Shown one piece after another: positions 8,869-19,630 of a DNA stretch of 33,405 bases. Position 1 is the stretch's first letter. Every line of letters starts with the position of its first letter. Where the stretch lies: the NCBI RefSeq assembly GCF_001194135.2, contig NC_068986.1, positions 1,798,988 through 1,832,392 of the forward strand. The letters are read 5' to 3'. The notes under the pieces are model-generated. The model saw only the letters and a list, made by a program, of their open reading frames with translations, made no database searches and had not been told where the DNA came from. The DNA comes from Octopus bimaculoides (Eukaryota). The translations under genes and the position numbers were made by a program.

Positions 8869-10160
8869 GTAAGTGGAATATAATAGATTTAACTGAAAAA
8901 TAAAACTGTATTTTAGAATTGGCTTGTAGGAATTTATCTCTTACTCTCCCTTATTTCCAACGTATGTGTGTAAATGACTTCCCCAGCCTTCCACTATGAC
9001 AATCCACGCATCTTGATATTTTGGTGGTTTCTGCTTTTATTTCTCCTCTTTTTTATGTTTAGTATTTTATTCCTCATGTTTAGCATGCTATCAATCAACC
9101 GCCCCCTACAACAACAATAATCTTAATATATAAGAGTGAATGCATGAGCTCTCCAATTTTCTAGGCCACAGTTTTGCAAGTAGTTAGCTGAAATGTTGCA
9201 AGGGCTACATCTTTTCAATATAGTCAAATGCTTTGAGGTTTTTCAGAAATGTGTTCTTTTTTATGGCCAGACACAAAAATGAAGACTGACCTGACGATAT
9301 TGTGCACTATACTCTGTAATATTGCAATAGACAATGGAAAAAGTAGCTAATAAGAAAAATATAATTCGTTTAGAGTTATTATGTAAATTAGTAGTGTGTT
9401 TTTGGAGATAACTCATTGGTTTCCTTGAAAATGAAATTAAAGAATTTAAGAATAAAATTGCATTTTAGGTTCTATAGTTGGTTATTTATATCTCTTTGTG
9501 TACTTTTATGAAGCTCAGCCTTACCCATTTTTAAACAAAAATTGTTCGGGTGTAGCAATGCTTTATGAATGAATAAATACTCTCGAACCAATTGTAGATT
9601 GTCAGTAACTTTTTTAATGAATTTATTCAAAATATGCTGAATCTATGTGAGTATTATTTTAGCTATTAATAAACCAGTTGGTTGCTGCAAATGAATGATA
9701 AAAAGAAAGACATATTGGCACTCGTTATCGTTTGATAAAATGAAGAATTGCTATTAATTTCTAGAAATCTCAAAGAATATTACAATATTTTTCTTGGACA
9801 CTTCCAGATTCATGGACAATATTATATTATCTCTATGGATAGCTGTTATTCTTATCACTGTTGCAGGCATATTTAATGTGTATATTAAATAACTCAAAAT
9901 CAAATAAAAGGAAAATAGGAATGTGGTTGTGAGAATTAACACCAATATTCCTAGTCTTGCATTCTCAGAAGATTGGCCTTCTGGAACCTTCTCCTGCTCG
10001 TGTCTTTCTTGCAGTTGTTGATCTGCAGCTTCACCGTTCTGGTACCAACCAGCCTGAGACCGCCTTTGGCTCTAAGAGTCAGACTTCCTGTTTTAAAATG
10101 ACTGACATTAAAATTGTTCATCAAAAATTTATGTTGATTTAAGTTGCAAACATCGGCTTA

Positions 10161-10400
10161 ATATTTATTTTATTATTTCACCTGTTTCGGTCATTAGACT
10201 ACGGCCATGCTGGGATATTGCCTTGAAGGGTCTAGCCGAACAAACCAATCCCAGTACTTGTTTTTCATCCTAGTAATTAGTCTATCGGTCTCTTTTAGCG
10301 GAACCGCTAGGTTACAGAAACGTAAACAAACCAACACCGGTTGCCAAGCGGTGGCGGTTAACAGACACAAACACAAACACGCACACAGTTATATACACGG
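10161..10400 (-). mobile_element. SINE family 1, 3' half
   Basis: Colinear with 14551-14760, followed by (AT)n at 10405-10452. Confidence 0.85.
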
Positions 10401-10401
10401 A

Positions 10402-10454
<53 letters not shown>

Positions 10455-10501
10455 TTGCTATTATGCAAAAGTGTCCTAAGTCCCAGTCCAAAATGTTACT
10501 T

Positions 10502-10647
10502 TTTGAAGATGACCAAGGATCTGGAGATCCTGAAACTATTATCACCGAGGAAAACATTGACCGTATTCGCCACACGGTGAGGATGACAGGTGATTGATTA
10601 TAAATCAAATAGCTAATGCTATTAGCATATCCCTTGAGATCGTTGAG
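10502..10647 (+). mobile_element. Mariner transposase fragment (N-terminal HTH region), decayed
   Basis: FEDDQGSGDPETIITEENIDRIRHTV /fs/ DDR*LIINQIANAISISLEIVE resembles the mariner DDPRSGRP...EENI..V...V..DRR.T...IA....IS motif. Confidence 0.8.
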
Positions 10648-10730
10648 GCTATGATAGTAGAAGACATTTACCAAAGGTGCCATGCAGTGGGACTGAACTC
10701 AGAACCATCTGGTTGAGAAGCAAAAACTTT
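10648..10730 (-). mobile_element. SINE family 1 head fragment
   Basis: CTATGATAGTAGAAGACATTTACCAAAGGTGCCATGCAGTGGGACTGAACTCAGAACCA matches the heads of the 12933-13103 and 14551-14910 copies. Confidence 0.8.
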
Positions 10731-11207
10731 GTTGCATTTCAATAGAAATTTGTTAACAAAAGAGTTAAATGGAACATTGACGACATTAAGCCCACCTCTT
10801 TCGGAGAACTTGCAAAGGTCATGTGCACCGCTCCTTCCTCTAGAACAAAAACAAAAACAAAAAATACTAAAAGGGCCCATACAAATGGACCAAGGGTTTT
10901 AATGTTACTGACCCATCTGCTCCTAAGAGTTTACAGTACAGCACTATTTTGTAATATTTCTGGTTTTGCAATATAAGGATAATATTATTCGAACTGCTTT
11001 TAACTGCAATATCAAAAACACGTTGTATCTCTAAGCAGCTCTCCACAACAGATTGCTCGGATGTTACATGTTTCATAAGAAGAAATACCATTATAAAGCT
11101 GATCTAAGTGTCTTCCTTCTACTCGTGCTTATCTTAGGTTGTTTTCTTTTTTCAATGCTCCAGCTGATCTTGTTAGAGAAAGTGTTGGACTAATGGTTAA
11201 AATATGA

Positions 11208-11390
11208 GTGCAGACATGGCTGTGTGGATAAGAAATTCGCATCACAACCGTATGCTTCTAGGTTCTATCCAACTGTATGGCAGCTTGTGCAAATACCTTC
11301 AACCATAGGTTCGAGTTGGCTAATACTGTGTGTGTGAATGGAAGTTGGGAAATGGACACTGTACTGAAGTCTGTCACACTCAGATGCATT
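11208..11390 (+). mobile_element. Diverged SINE family 1 5' half
   Basis: GCAGACATGGCTGTGTGG...GGTTCTATCC head, followed by (CATA)/(CA) array at 11395-11503. Confidence 0.65.
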
Positions 11391-11503
11391 TACAAACATA
11401 CATACATACATACAGCCACGAATGCATACACACACAGCACGTACGCACAGTACGCACGCACGCACACGCGCGCACACATACATACATGCATACATTATAT
11501 ATA

Positions 11504-11625
11504 TGTAAGGCGGCCATCTGGCAGAATCGTTAGCACATCGGGCAAAATGCTTAGCGGCATTTCGTCTGTCTGTGCGTGATCGACTAGTTCCTTCCCCCAA
11601 ATTTCAGGCCTTGTGACTTAAGTAG
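11504..11625 (+). mobile_element. SINE family 2 with large internal deletion
   Basis: AAGGCGGCCATCTGGCAGAATCGTTAGCAC...TTCGTCTGTC joined directly to the GATCGACT...CCCCCAAATTTCAGGCCTTGTG tail. Confidence 0.85.
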
Positions 11626-12006
11626 AAATAATTATATATGTATGCCTGTTTGTGTTTGTACATTTATTTATTTGTATCTATAGATATTTTCGCTTATGAA
11701 TATCGACGAAAGATATAAACATCAAAAGGTAAAAAAAAAGCACTGTTTCAGCAACGAAATCTTTTGAAATATTTGTTCTGCATCGAATTATAGACATCTC
11801 CTTGTCATTGTCGTCGACAGAGATGTACCTAACCAGAGATTGCCCCATGGGAAAGCTTTAACCAATGTCACGCTATTGTTCACCGTTTCTAATATAATAT
11901 AAATAGCCTGGGATGTTTGTGTCGGACACCGCACTGTGTATGTAGCTAATATAGCTAACTACTTCTTTGTTGCTATCTCAAGAGAATCCATCACAGATTC
12001 AAGCTC

Positions 12007-12101
12007 CTGTAGGAAAACAGTAATATAATTAATGGAAACAGTAATACAAATGATGATTTATTACATTGACTGTATTATTAATGAACGTTTCATTAACTTA
12101 C
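12007..12101 (-). other. Candidate 95-nt GT-AG intron of a minus-strand transcript
   Basis: TTT|GTAAGT at 12101, ACTGTTTTCCTACAG|G at 12007. Downstream exon reads ELESVMDSLEIATKK* (12006-11959) in phase 0. Confidence 0.4.
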
Positions 12102-12414
12102 AAAGCTGAGTTAAAATCCTCTTGCGGATCTGCCTCATTATCGAAGTCCTCTCTGTGCAGCTCTTTCCTTAAACAATTCTCACACCTTCACTGCTCAATC
12201 AGGGAGTCATGGTCAACATACAGCTGAAAGACATTAAAGGCTGGTCGGCAAGCATTGCTGCAATAACATGCCATTTCCTCCTCGAATGTCCGTATCGAAT
12301 CAAAAAGCTATTTTTATGTTGGAAGTTAACTGCCATCTGACATGACCACATTTCAGAATACATAAATAAATAAATAAATAAATAAGTAAACTAACAAATA
12401 AAAAAAATATGTGT

Positions 12415-12555
12415 AGAGTGGCGAGTAGTCGGAAAAAATGTTCCTGGGTATTTATATAATGAGTTCAAATTCCGCCGAAGCCGACACTGCCTTTCATCAT
12501 TCTTAAAATAAGTACCAGTTAAGTGCTGGGAATCAACACAAATGACTATCCCCAG
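12415..12555 (+). mobile_element. Diverged SINE family 2
   Basis: GAGTTCAAATTCCGCCGAAGCCGAC...AAAATAAGTACCAGTT...CTGGG. Confidence 0.7.
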
Positions 12556-12740
12556 GGAAATGTTGCTGCTATTTCTATCAAGGCTCTCTCCTTGGTTCAG
12601 ATTTTCTCATAGCTGTTCTTGTTTAGCGTTAATGGAGCTACCATATGTTGAAAACCATTCCAACTACGACCATCTCACCTTTTTTCCTTTGCGCAAGGAA
12701 CCCAAAACTTTACTATCCTATTTCTAAGAGAAACAAATGT

Positions 12741-12850
12741 TAGAGCAAGGTCTGTCACCTGTCGATTATATAGACCAGTGCTTATTTTATCTACACCGGA
12801 CGTATCAAATGCAGAAAGCTCCCAAGGGAAGATTTGAACCCTGAACTTAA
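12741..12850 (-). mobile_element. Diverged SINE family 2 fragment
   Basis: GTCGATTATA..ACCAGTGCTTATTTTATC...GATTTGAACCCTGAAC. Confidence 0.55.
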
Positions 12851-12932
12851 AGTACATATATGTGTGTGTGTGTAATATATATACATGCGTGTGCGTGTGT
12901 GTGTGCGTAGACACACAGACACACGCAGACAC

Positions 12933-13103
12933 ACAACGTGCTTCCACGCAGTTTCCGTCTATAAATTCATTTACAAGGCATTGTGTCGGTCCGTCCAGAG
13001 CTATAGTAGAAGACACTTGCCCAAGATATTGCGCAGTGGGACTTAACCCGAAACCACGTGACTGCAAAGCGAGTTTCTTAAACACACGGTTATACCTGCG
13101 TCT
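12933..13103 (-). mobile_element. SINE family 1 5' half
   Basis: GCTATAGTAGAAGACACTTGCCCAAG...GCAGTGGGACTTAACCCGAAACCACGTG, with (TG)/(CA) tract at 12860-12932 on its 3' side. Confidence 0.85.
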
Positions 13104-13180
13104 TAAGTTGCCTGCAGTTAATTGATTTAACTCCGGCATTAAAGCCAATTCTCATTCTAACTTTTCTCTGTCCGCGTTAA

Positions 13181-13408
13181 CCCTTTCAACCCACGAGTTC
13201 ACTGTAGCAGGTGTGGTTTCGTTTGACTATATTCTTGGAAGGAGCAAAAGTGGGTGGCCACATGGTTTTGTGTTTACGGTTTAAAATAATGTTCCTGCCA
13301 ATTAACAAACTATAGACACAGAATCGTATGGCTGTCCGCTTTTATATCTTCCAGGAGTATAGCTATACGAAATCACGGCTACAAAAGTGTACATGCGAGT
13401 TCAAAGGG
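13181..13408. mobile_element. piggyBac-like MITE
   Basis: TTAA|CCCTTTCAACCCACG ... TGCGAGTTCAAAGGG|TTAG. TIRs 11/15 identical, CCC termini, TTAA-type target. Confidence 0.55.
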
Positions 13409-13569
13409 TTAGGTGTTTTAATAGACGACTCTGCTACATCGCCACAAAAATGATATTGGTAAGATATTTTTTAGCTGAAAAGAACTTGAAGCAAATAAAA
13501 TATTGTACAGCAGAATGTGAAATTATTGAATAATCAATAGTTTATTGTCTTATCTCCTAATCGATGCAG

Positions 13570-13780
13570 TAACTAATCAATATAGTGTCTCGCAAACAAT
13601 GAAAGAAATATAACCTCTCCTGAACGACAAATCGCAATTTTATAACTTTCTGCAAAAAAACTATTACTCGGAACGTGTTGTAAGTAAAAAAGTTGATATT
13701 TTTAGAGCTAACGGAATTAACTATATCGTTAGTAACTATGTGTGGAGAAAAGCAGATAATCCATATTGGTTTATCTACAG
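13570..13780 (+). pseudogene. Exon-like segment with one in-frame stop: TNQYSVSQTMKEI*PLLNDKSQFYNFLQKNYYSERVVSKKVDIFRANGINYIVSNYVWRKADNPYWFIY
   Basis: TGCAG| acceptor at 13569, CAG|GTAACA donor at 13781. 69 codons with a single TAA (13611-13613). Family not recognised. Confidence 0.3.
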
Positions 13781-14079
13781 GTAACATAAGTACAGACGAC
13801 AATCGCAAACGAGTATGACTTTTTAACATGTACCATGTTTTTGCTAGTTGTTTTAAGTCCCTGGGTAGTCAAGAGAAGACATAGATACTGTCTAGGTCCC
13901 TTTTCCCTTGACCCATCGGAACATCCATGATGTGACACCTGGAAAAGGAGAGAGCGGCACTAACGTGGTGACCTCAGCCGGATTTGTACTCAGAGTGCAA
14001 AGGGCCAGAACAAATATCGCAATGCATTCTAACCAACACTCCAATGACTGCCATCGGCGAGGTTTTCTAGATATAAGCA

Positions 14080-14080
<1 letters not shown>

Positions 14081-14139
<59 letters not shown>
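14081..14139. repeat. (TCTA)n microsatellite
   Basis: Direct. Confidence 0.97.
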
Positions 14140-14354
14140 GTGTGCGTGCGTTTGTTATATAAAAGACACCAACCGTGCTTTGGTTCGATCTTTTATATTA
14201 ACGATTTTTCATATTTCCTTATTAGTCTTTTATGGTTTTGTTTGGCTCAATAACATTCCTAAATAATTAATCTGATGTTTCGAGACTTTCACCATCTCAT
14301 AGTCACGTTTGTCATATAAGGTGCGTGAAGGAAAAGCTGTTCACTATTTATGCA

Positions 14355-14360
14355 TACACG

Positions 14361-14422
<62 letters not shown>

Positions 14423-14548
14423 TATGTATATGTATACAAACATACGTACGTACCTACCTACCTACATGCATACATACATACACTCACATGCAAACATACA
14501 TACATACATACATACATACATACATACATACATACATACAAACACACA
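14355..14548. repeat. (CA)n + (TACA)n compound microsatellite
   Basis: Direct. Confidence 0.95.
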
Positions 14549-14550
14549 TC

Positions 14551-14910
14551 TTCTGCTTGTTTCAGTCATTATTCTGCAGCCATCTTGGGGCATTGGCTCG
14601 AAGAATTTTTAGTCGAATGAATCGACCCCAGTATTTGTTTTTTAAAAGTCTAGTACTTCTTCTATCGGTCTCTTTTGCCGAACTGCTGTTACGGGGTCGT
14701 AAACACCAATACTGGCGGTCAAACGGTGGGTGGGGTGGGGGACAAACACAGACACAAAGATATATACATACGGCGGGCTTCTTTCAGTTTCCGTCTCCCA
14801 AATCTACTCACAAGGCTTTGGTCGGCCCAAGGCTATTACATTCGTCCAAGGAAACTGAACCCGAAACCATGTGGTTGGGAAGCAAGCTACTTACCACTGC
14901 CACACCTACG
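14551..14910 (-). mobile_element. SINE family 1, near full length
   Basis: Reverse-complement match to 6462-6872 throughout, with small internal deletions. Confidence 0.9.
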
Positions 14911-15154
14911 TTGTATATATATATCTAATATAATAAATGCGAAAACAAATTTCTGAGTGTCAGTGTGTCACACTTTTTCACCTTTACTCCTCGAGGCCGT
15001 AGCCCAACATATCATACCATTTTGGAATCAGGAAGACTCTGTGAGTAAATTAAAAACATTCCGGGCCGAATCCAGACCTGCAATCCTGAAATTTTGGATT
15101 CCCAAGTTTTCAATACTGCGATTGTTTTCGGCGATTTTTTTTTTACATGATTTT

Positions 15155-16123
15155 NNNNNNNNNNNNNNNNNNNNNNNNNNNNNNNNNNNNNNNNNNNNNN
15201 NNNNNNNNNNNNNNNNNNNNNNNNNNNNNNNNNNNNNNNNNNNNNNNNNNNNNNNNNNNNNNNNNNNNNNNNNNNNNNNNNNNNNNNNNNNNNNNNNNNN
15301 NNNNNNNNNNNNNNNNNNNNNNNNNNNNNNNNNNNNNNNNNNNNNNNNNNNNNNNNNNNNNNNNNNNNNNNNNNNNNNNNNNNNNNNNNNNNNNNNNNNN
15401 NNNNNNNNNNNNNNNNNNNNNNNNNNNNNNNNNNNNNNNNNNNNNNNNNNNNNNNNNNNNNNNNNNNNNNNNNNNNNNNNNNNNNNNNNNNNNNNNNNNN
15501 NNNNNNNNNNNNNNNNNNNNNNNNNNNNNNNNNNNNNNNNNNNNNNNNNNNNNNNNNNNNNNNNNNNNNNNNNNNNNNNNNNNNNNNNNNNNNNNNNNNN
15601 NNNNNNNNNNNNNNNNNNNNNNNNNNNNNNNNNNNNNNNNNNNNNNNNNNNNNNNNNNNNNNNNNNNNNNNNNNNNNNNNNNNNNNNNNNNNNNNNNNNN
15701 NNNNNNNNNNNNNNNNNNNNNNNNNNNNNNNNNNNNNNNNNNNNNNNNNNNNNNNNNNNNNNNNNNNNNNNNNNNNNNNNNNNNNNNNNNNNNNNNNNNN
15801 NNNNNNNNNNNNNNNNNNNNNNNNNNNNNNNNNNNNNNNNNNNNNNNNNNNNNNNNNNNNNNNNNNNNNNNNNNNNNNNNNNNNNNNNNNNNNNNNNNNN
15901 NNNNNNNNNNNNNNNNNNNNNNNNNNNNNNNNNNNNNNNNNNNNNNNNNNNNNNNNNNNNNNNNNNNNNNNNNNNNNNNNNNNNNNNNNNNNNNNNNNNN
16001 NNNNNNNNNNNNNNNNNNNNNNNNNNNNNNNNNNNNNNNNNNNNNNNNNNNNNNNNNNNNNNNNNNNNNNNNNNNNNNNNNNNNNNNNNNNNNNNNNNNN
16101 NNNNNNNNNNNNNNNNNNNNNNN
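15155..16123. other. Assembly gap (N run)
   Basis: 969 N. Confidence 1.
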
Positions 16124-16530
16124 AATAATTGAAACCTGAATGGCGTAACAAGTATGTAAATCTGAACTTAATGGAAACAAATTGATTTCACCAATTTTGA
16201 ATAGAACTTCGAACATTTTCCACGCACAGTGACTAATAACTAAATGTTAATAATTAACGCTGCTATTTTTAATATGGAACTTGTTGAATGAAGATTGCTT
16301 GCAAATGTACGAAGTCAGCATTGTCTACGTATAGCGAGTTCAAATCGAACATGTTCAGCTAGAATAAGTCCAATTATTAGCATTCCGTTATTTTTAAACT
16401 TATTTTTTTCCAGACGTATATTGCTTGTCAATGAATAAATTTCTTGTTGTTTTCTCAAGTTAGACAGGAAACTTAATGTTTTTTAGAGGAAGAAGAATAA
16501 AATTACGATGTTCATGCTTTTCCCTATGCA

Positions 16531-16665
16531 TAAGTGGTTCGTGGCAGAATCGTTAAAACAGCGGGTATTTATTCCACCTCTCTACATTTTGAGTTCAAAA
16601 CCCGTTGAGGACAACTTTATCTTTAATATTTCAAGAGACGATGAAATTACCATTCAAATACTGAG
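16531..16665 (+). mobile_element. Highly diverged SINE family 2
   Basis: GTGGCAGAATCGTTAA...TTTTGAGTTCAAAACCCGTTGAGGACAACTTT. Confidence 0.6.
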
Positions 16666-16755
16666 GACTACATAATTGCCTGTTTTCTTCTTTCAGAATT
16701 TGAAACCTCGTGTACATGTCAAAAAAACATTAATGTCATTCTATTCACGTCTTAA

Positions 16756-16891
16756 ATGCTTTATAGAAATTAATGATGTTTTATAAGTATCTAAGGTACT
16801 TTATAGGAATCTAAGATGCTTAATAGAAATTTATGATTCTTTTTAGGAACATAAGATGCTTTATAGGACTCAAAGATGCTTTATAGGAATC
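16756..16891. repeat. Degenerate 20-bp minisatellite, ~6.8 copies (consensus ATGCTTTATAGGAATCTAAG)
   Basis: Units start at 16756, 16776, 16796, 16816, 16836, 16856 and 16876. Confidence 0.9.
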
Positions 16892-17352
16892 AGTCCCAGT
16901 TCTAGTGTGTCATTCTATTGACCCCCTGGAAGATAAAAGCAAAACTATTAAAGCTTTGACAAGATTTGGACTCAAGCAACAATTTATTTACCTTACGTCA
17001 CTAATGCTCTTGAGAATGTCCCACCATCTCCTTTTCCCGCCACTAAAAGTACAAATATGTATAATAGTATGTTTTTATACCGTTGAACTGTTTTAACCGT
17101 TCATCCACGTAGATCATAACGAGATTCCTCAGATTTTGCTGTTTAAGTATGAGACCTCGAGTGTTTATTACAAATCGAAACATTAAAAACCAAAATTTCT
17201 AAATTTATGGTCAAGTGCGAGGCAAGTTCTTGTAGAAAATGTGTTATTGATTCAGTCGATCATAGTATGTTATTGGTATTTTATTTATTGATTCCAGAGG
17301 AATAAGCAATAACATCGATCCCGTATGGGGTTTGGACTTAGAATCTAGAAGG

Positions 17353-17457
17353 ATCATCATCATCATCATCATCACCATCATCATCACCATCATCACCATC
17401 ATCACCATCATCATCACCATCATCACCATCATCATCATCATCATCATTATCATCATC
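17353..17457. repeat. (CAT/CAC)n array, probable 3' tail of the adjacent minus-strand RTE remnant
   Basis: Direct. Reads (GAT)n on the minus strand right after the remnant's stop. Confidence 0.9.
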
Positions 17458-17670
17458 GTTTAGATCCGTTTTTCCAAGCTGACTGAATAGGTTCGCTGCA
17501 CAGCAAATTGCTGCCAATCTTGGTCTTTTGTCATCACATTTCTGAAGCACGATTTCATGATAATTAATCTTACCACTTGTTTTTGAACTTTTCTTAGTCT
17601 TCTTCTTCTTTTTCTATGGCCACTCCACCTCACATATTTTTCACTTAGCTCGTCGATCCACATCACGAGC
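17458..17670 (-). mobile_element. RTE-like LINE 3' remnant
   Basis: EKYVRWSGH...RKVQKQVVR...MTKDQDWQQFAV resembles RTE C-terminal LRWYGHV...GRPRKTW..VV..D....MT.DR..W, followed by a (GAT)n tail. Confidence 0.55.
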
Positions 17671-17721
17671 TCTTATCACTGTAGTTACCTATTCTTTACA
17701 ATTCGACTATTGCTTCTAATG

Positions 17722-18693
17722 TTGTCGGCTGAAAAGCCGTACATGTCTGTTCAAAGCCGAATAGCTCGCGCCCGTCTCGATCCGTCAGTGACCTGATCGT
17801 GGTTTTGTTTCCATATCGCGACTCCTCCGTTCGGCCCACCGGACAGCTTTAGGTCTTTCATGTTTGAGCGCACAGGCCTTAGCTGACTACGCAACATTCG
17901 TGTTTCGCTTCGAAGAAATAGTCAAGGGCCATTCTCACCACTAATACATCTGTCACGAAGCCCTTTCTAATCGCCTCTTCTAATTTGCTAGCTAGTTCAC
18001 CCTCTAATTTATTCCTTTTTCTTGCTAACACTTTGTTAAACGTTATTGATTCTGCTCTAATCGCCCTCTTCAGGGTGACCCACCACCGGTTGCTGACGAT
18101 TGCCCTCGTCAACTGCCGCTTAACTAGTTCACTAATCCGGTCCTGTAGTCTGTGTGTATTGGAAAGGACGCGTTTAACTTCTAGTAACGGGTCCCTATCT
18201 ACAAGTCCTATCTAATTCGACTGTGCAGATCACAAACTTGTGGTCTATGTAGCTGTCCAATTTAAACTGTAGACAACCTACGTCATCCCTATCCAATGAC
18301 CTAACAAATACTCTATCTAGATACGATCTGGATGACCCATTGTGGCTGCTCCATAACCACACTGGCACATCAAGGAAATCCAGTCGATACCTATCAGACA
18401 ATTGGAAGTTTCTGAGTAGGCTTTCAAGGAATTTGCACCCACTCCTTCCGTATGTCTAAAATCTCATTCCAATCCCCCTACTAGTAGTAAACTGCGAGAC
18501 GTTCCCAGGAATGTTTCTAGACACCTGAAGAATTCTGGCCTTCAAGCCTCTGTCGGGGCATATACGACCACCAGTCTAAGGGCCCACCTTTGCTATCATT
18601 CACATCTAGGACCACATACTTGCCGCTTGGGTCCAAGAAGATTGCCTTTACTTCGAGATCTAAGGATTTTCGGAATAGCACTGCTACTCCGCC
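17722..18693 (-). mobile_element. Tx1/L1-clade LINE ORF2 fragment (APE endonuclease + linker), frameshifted
   Basis: GGVAVLFRKSLD...LRLVVVYAPT...LLLVG/DWNEILD...WLWSSHNGSSRSYLDRVFV...YIDHKFV are APE motifs. WWVTLKRAIRAESITFNK resembles the Tx1 linker. Confidence 0.85.
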
Positions 18694-19140
18694 GCAAAGA
18701 TCCTATGGGACTTTATGATTCAGTGCGATCATTAGATAGAGAATAGGAAGCCAGAGATAGTCTTAACTGAGAAAGAAAACAAACTATACTGGATCATAGA
18801 TATAGCATGCTCGGCTGACAACAAGGTATGCGATAAGGAAGAAAGAAAAGTCGATAGATATGACAGGTTAGCTTGGGAAGTTAAGCAGTTGTGGTCGATG
18901 AAAAAGGTAGCAGTAGTACCAATAATTGTCGGAGGCCTGGGAACAGTGAGCAAAAACTCTCGAGAAGTACGTGGAACAAATAGGGGCTGCAATAAGAGTG
19001 GAGCACTTGCAGAAAACAACACTGCTTGGAACCTCTCTAATACTCCGGAAGGTGCTCGAAAAATAAGAGGTGTTACCTTAGTTCACTGGTTGTGAACAGC
19101 TGACACTGTAGTACGTCTCCAGCGTTAGAAGCTGTGCAAA

Positions 19141-19142
<2 letters not shown>
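18694..19142 (+). mobile_element. R4/Dong-like LINE 3' end (restriction-like endonuclease domain + 3' UTR), 5'-truncated
   Basis: AKILWDFMIQCDH*IENRKPEIV...IIDIACSADNK...E.K..RY..LAWEVKQLW...VVPIIVGGLGTV...LQK..LLGT..ILRKVLEK* (stop 19064-19066), then a (TAA)n tail. Confidence 0.88.

Positions 19143-19218
<76 letters not shown>
19143..19218. repeat. (TAA)n array, tail/target of the Dong-like element
   Basis: Direct. Dong-type elements are known to associate with TAA repeats. Confidence 0.95.
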
Positions 19219-19504
19219 CAGTAACAAAGACTATTCTTGGTAATACTTTGTCGCCATAGAAACAGAAATGTATTTGATTCGTGTCAAACTGATTATTGAA
19301 CTGATGGAATTCGATGGGTTGTCAGTTCTTTTGTGAATAGTTCAATGAATGGTTTCGTGCGCTTTACTGTTTAGATGGCATATTTCGTTTTTACCTGTAC
19401 ATTGATAAACTCTTTAATCGGAGAGAAGTTCGATTAACAATAGCTGCCAGCTCTTTTATAACTGCGATGATAACATTTGCATACAATCAATAGCTTCATT
19501 GATA

Positions 19505-19594
19505 ATTTGCTGTTGTTGCTGTTAGTGTTGTTGCTTTTGTTGCCTGTCTGTGAGTGCATGTGTATGTGTATGTGTGTGTTCGCGCGTGCGCGTA

Positions 19595-19627
<33 letters not shown>

Positions 19628-19630
19628 ATC
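19505..19630. repeat. (GTT)-like and (TG)n low-complexity tract
   Basis: Direct. Confidence 0.85.

Noticed and set aside
13892-14080. GC-richer segment with a signal-peptide-like minus-strand translation (CIAIFVLALCTLS)
   Set aside because: No in-frame ATG and no consistent exon boundaries; not supportable.
14957-16216. 330-391 aa ORFs
   Set aside because: Almost entirely X from the 969-N gap.
16756-16891. Regularly spaced repeats as a possible CRISPR array
   Set aside because: Units are directly adjacent with no unique spacers, and the context is eukaryotic. It is a minisatellite, as is 26222-26289.
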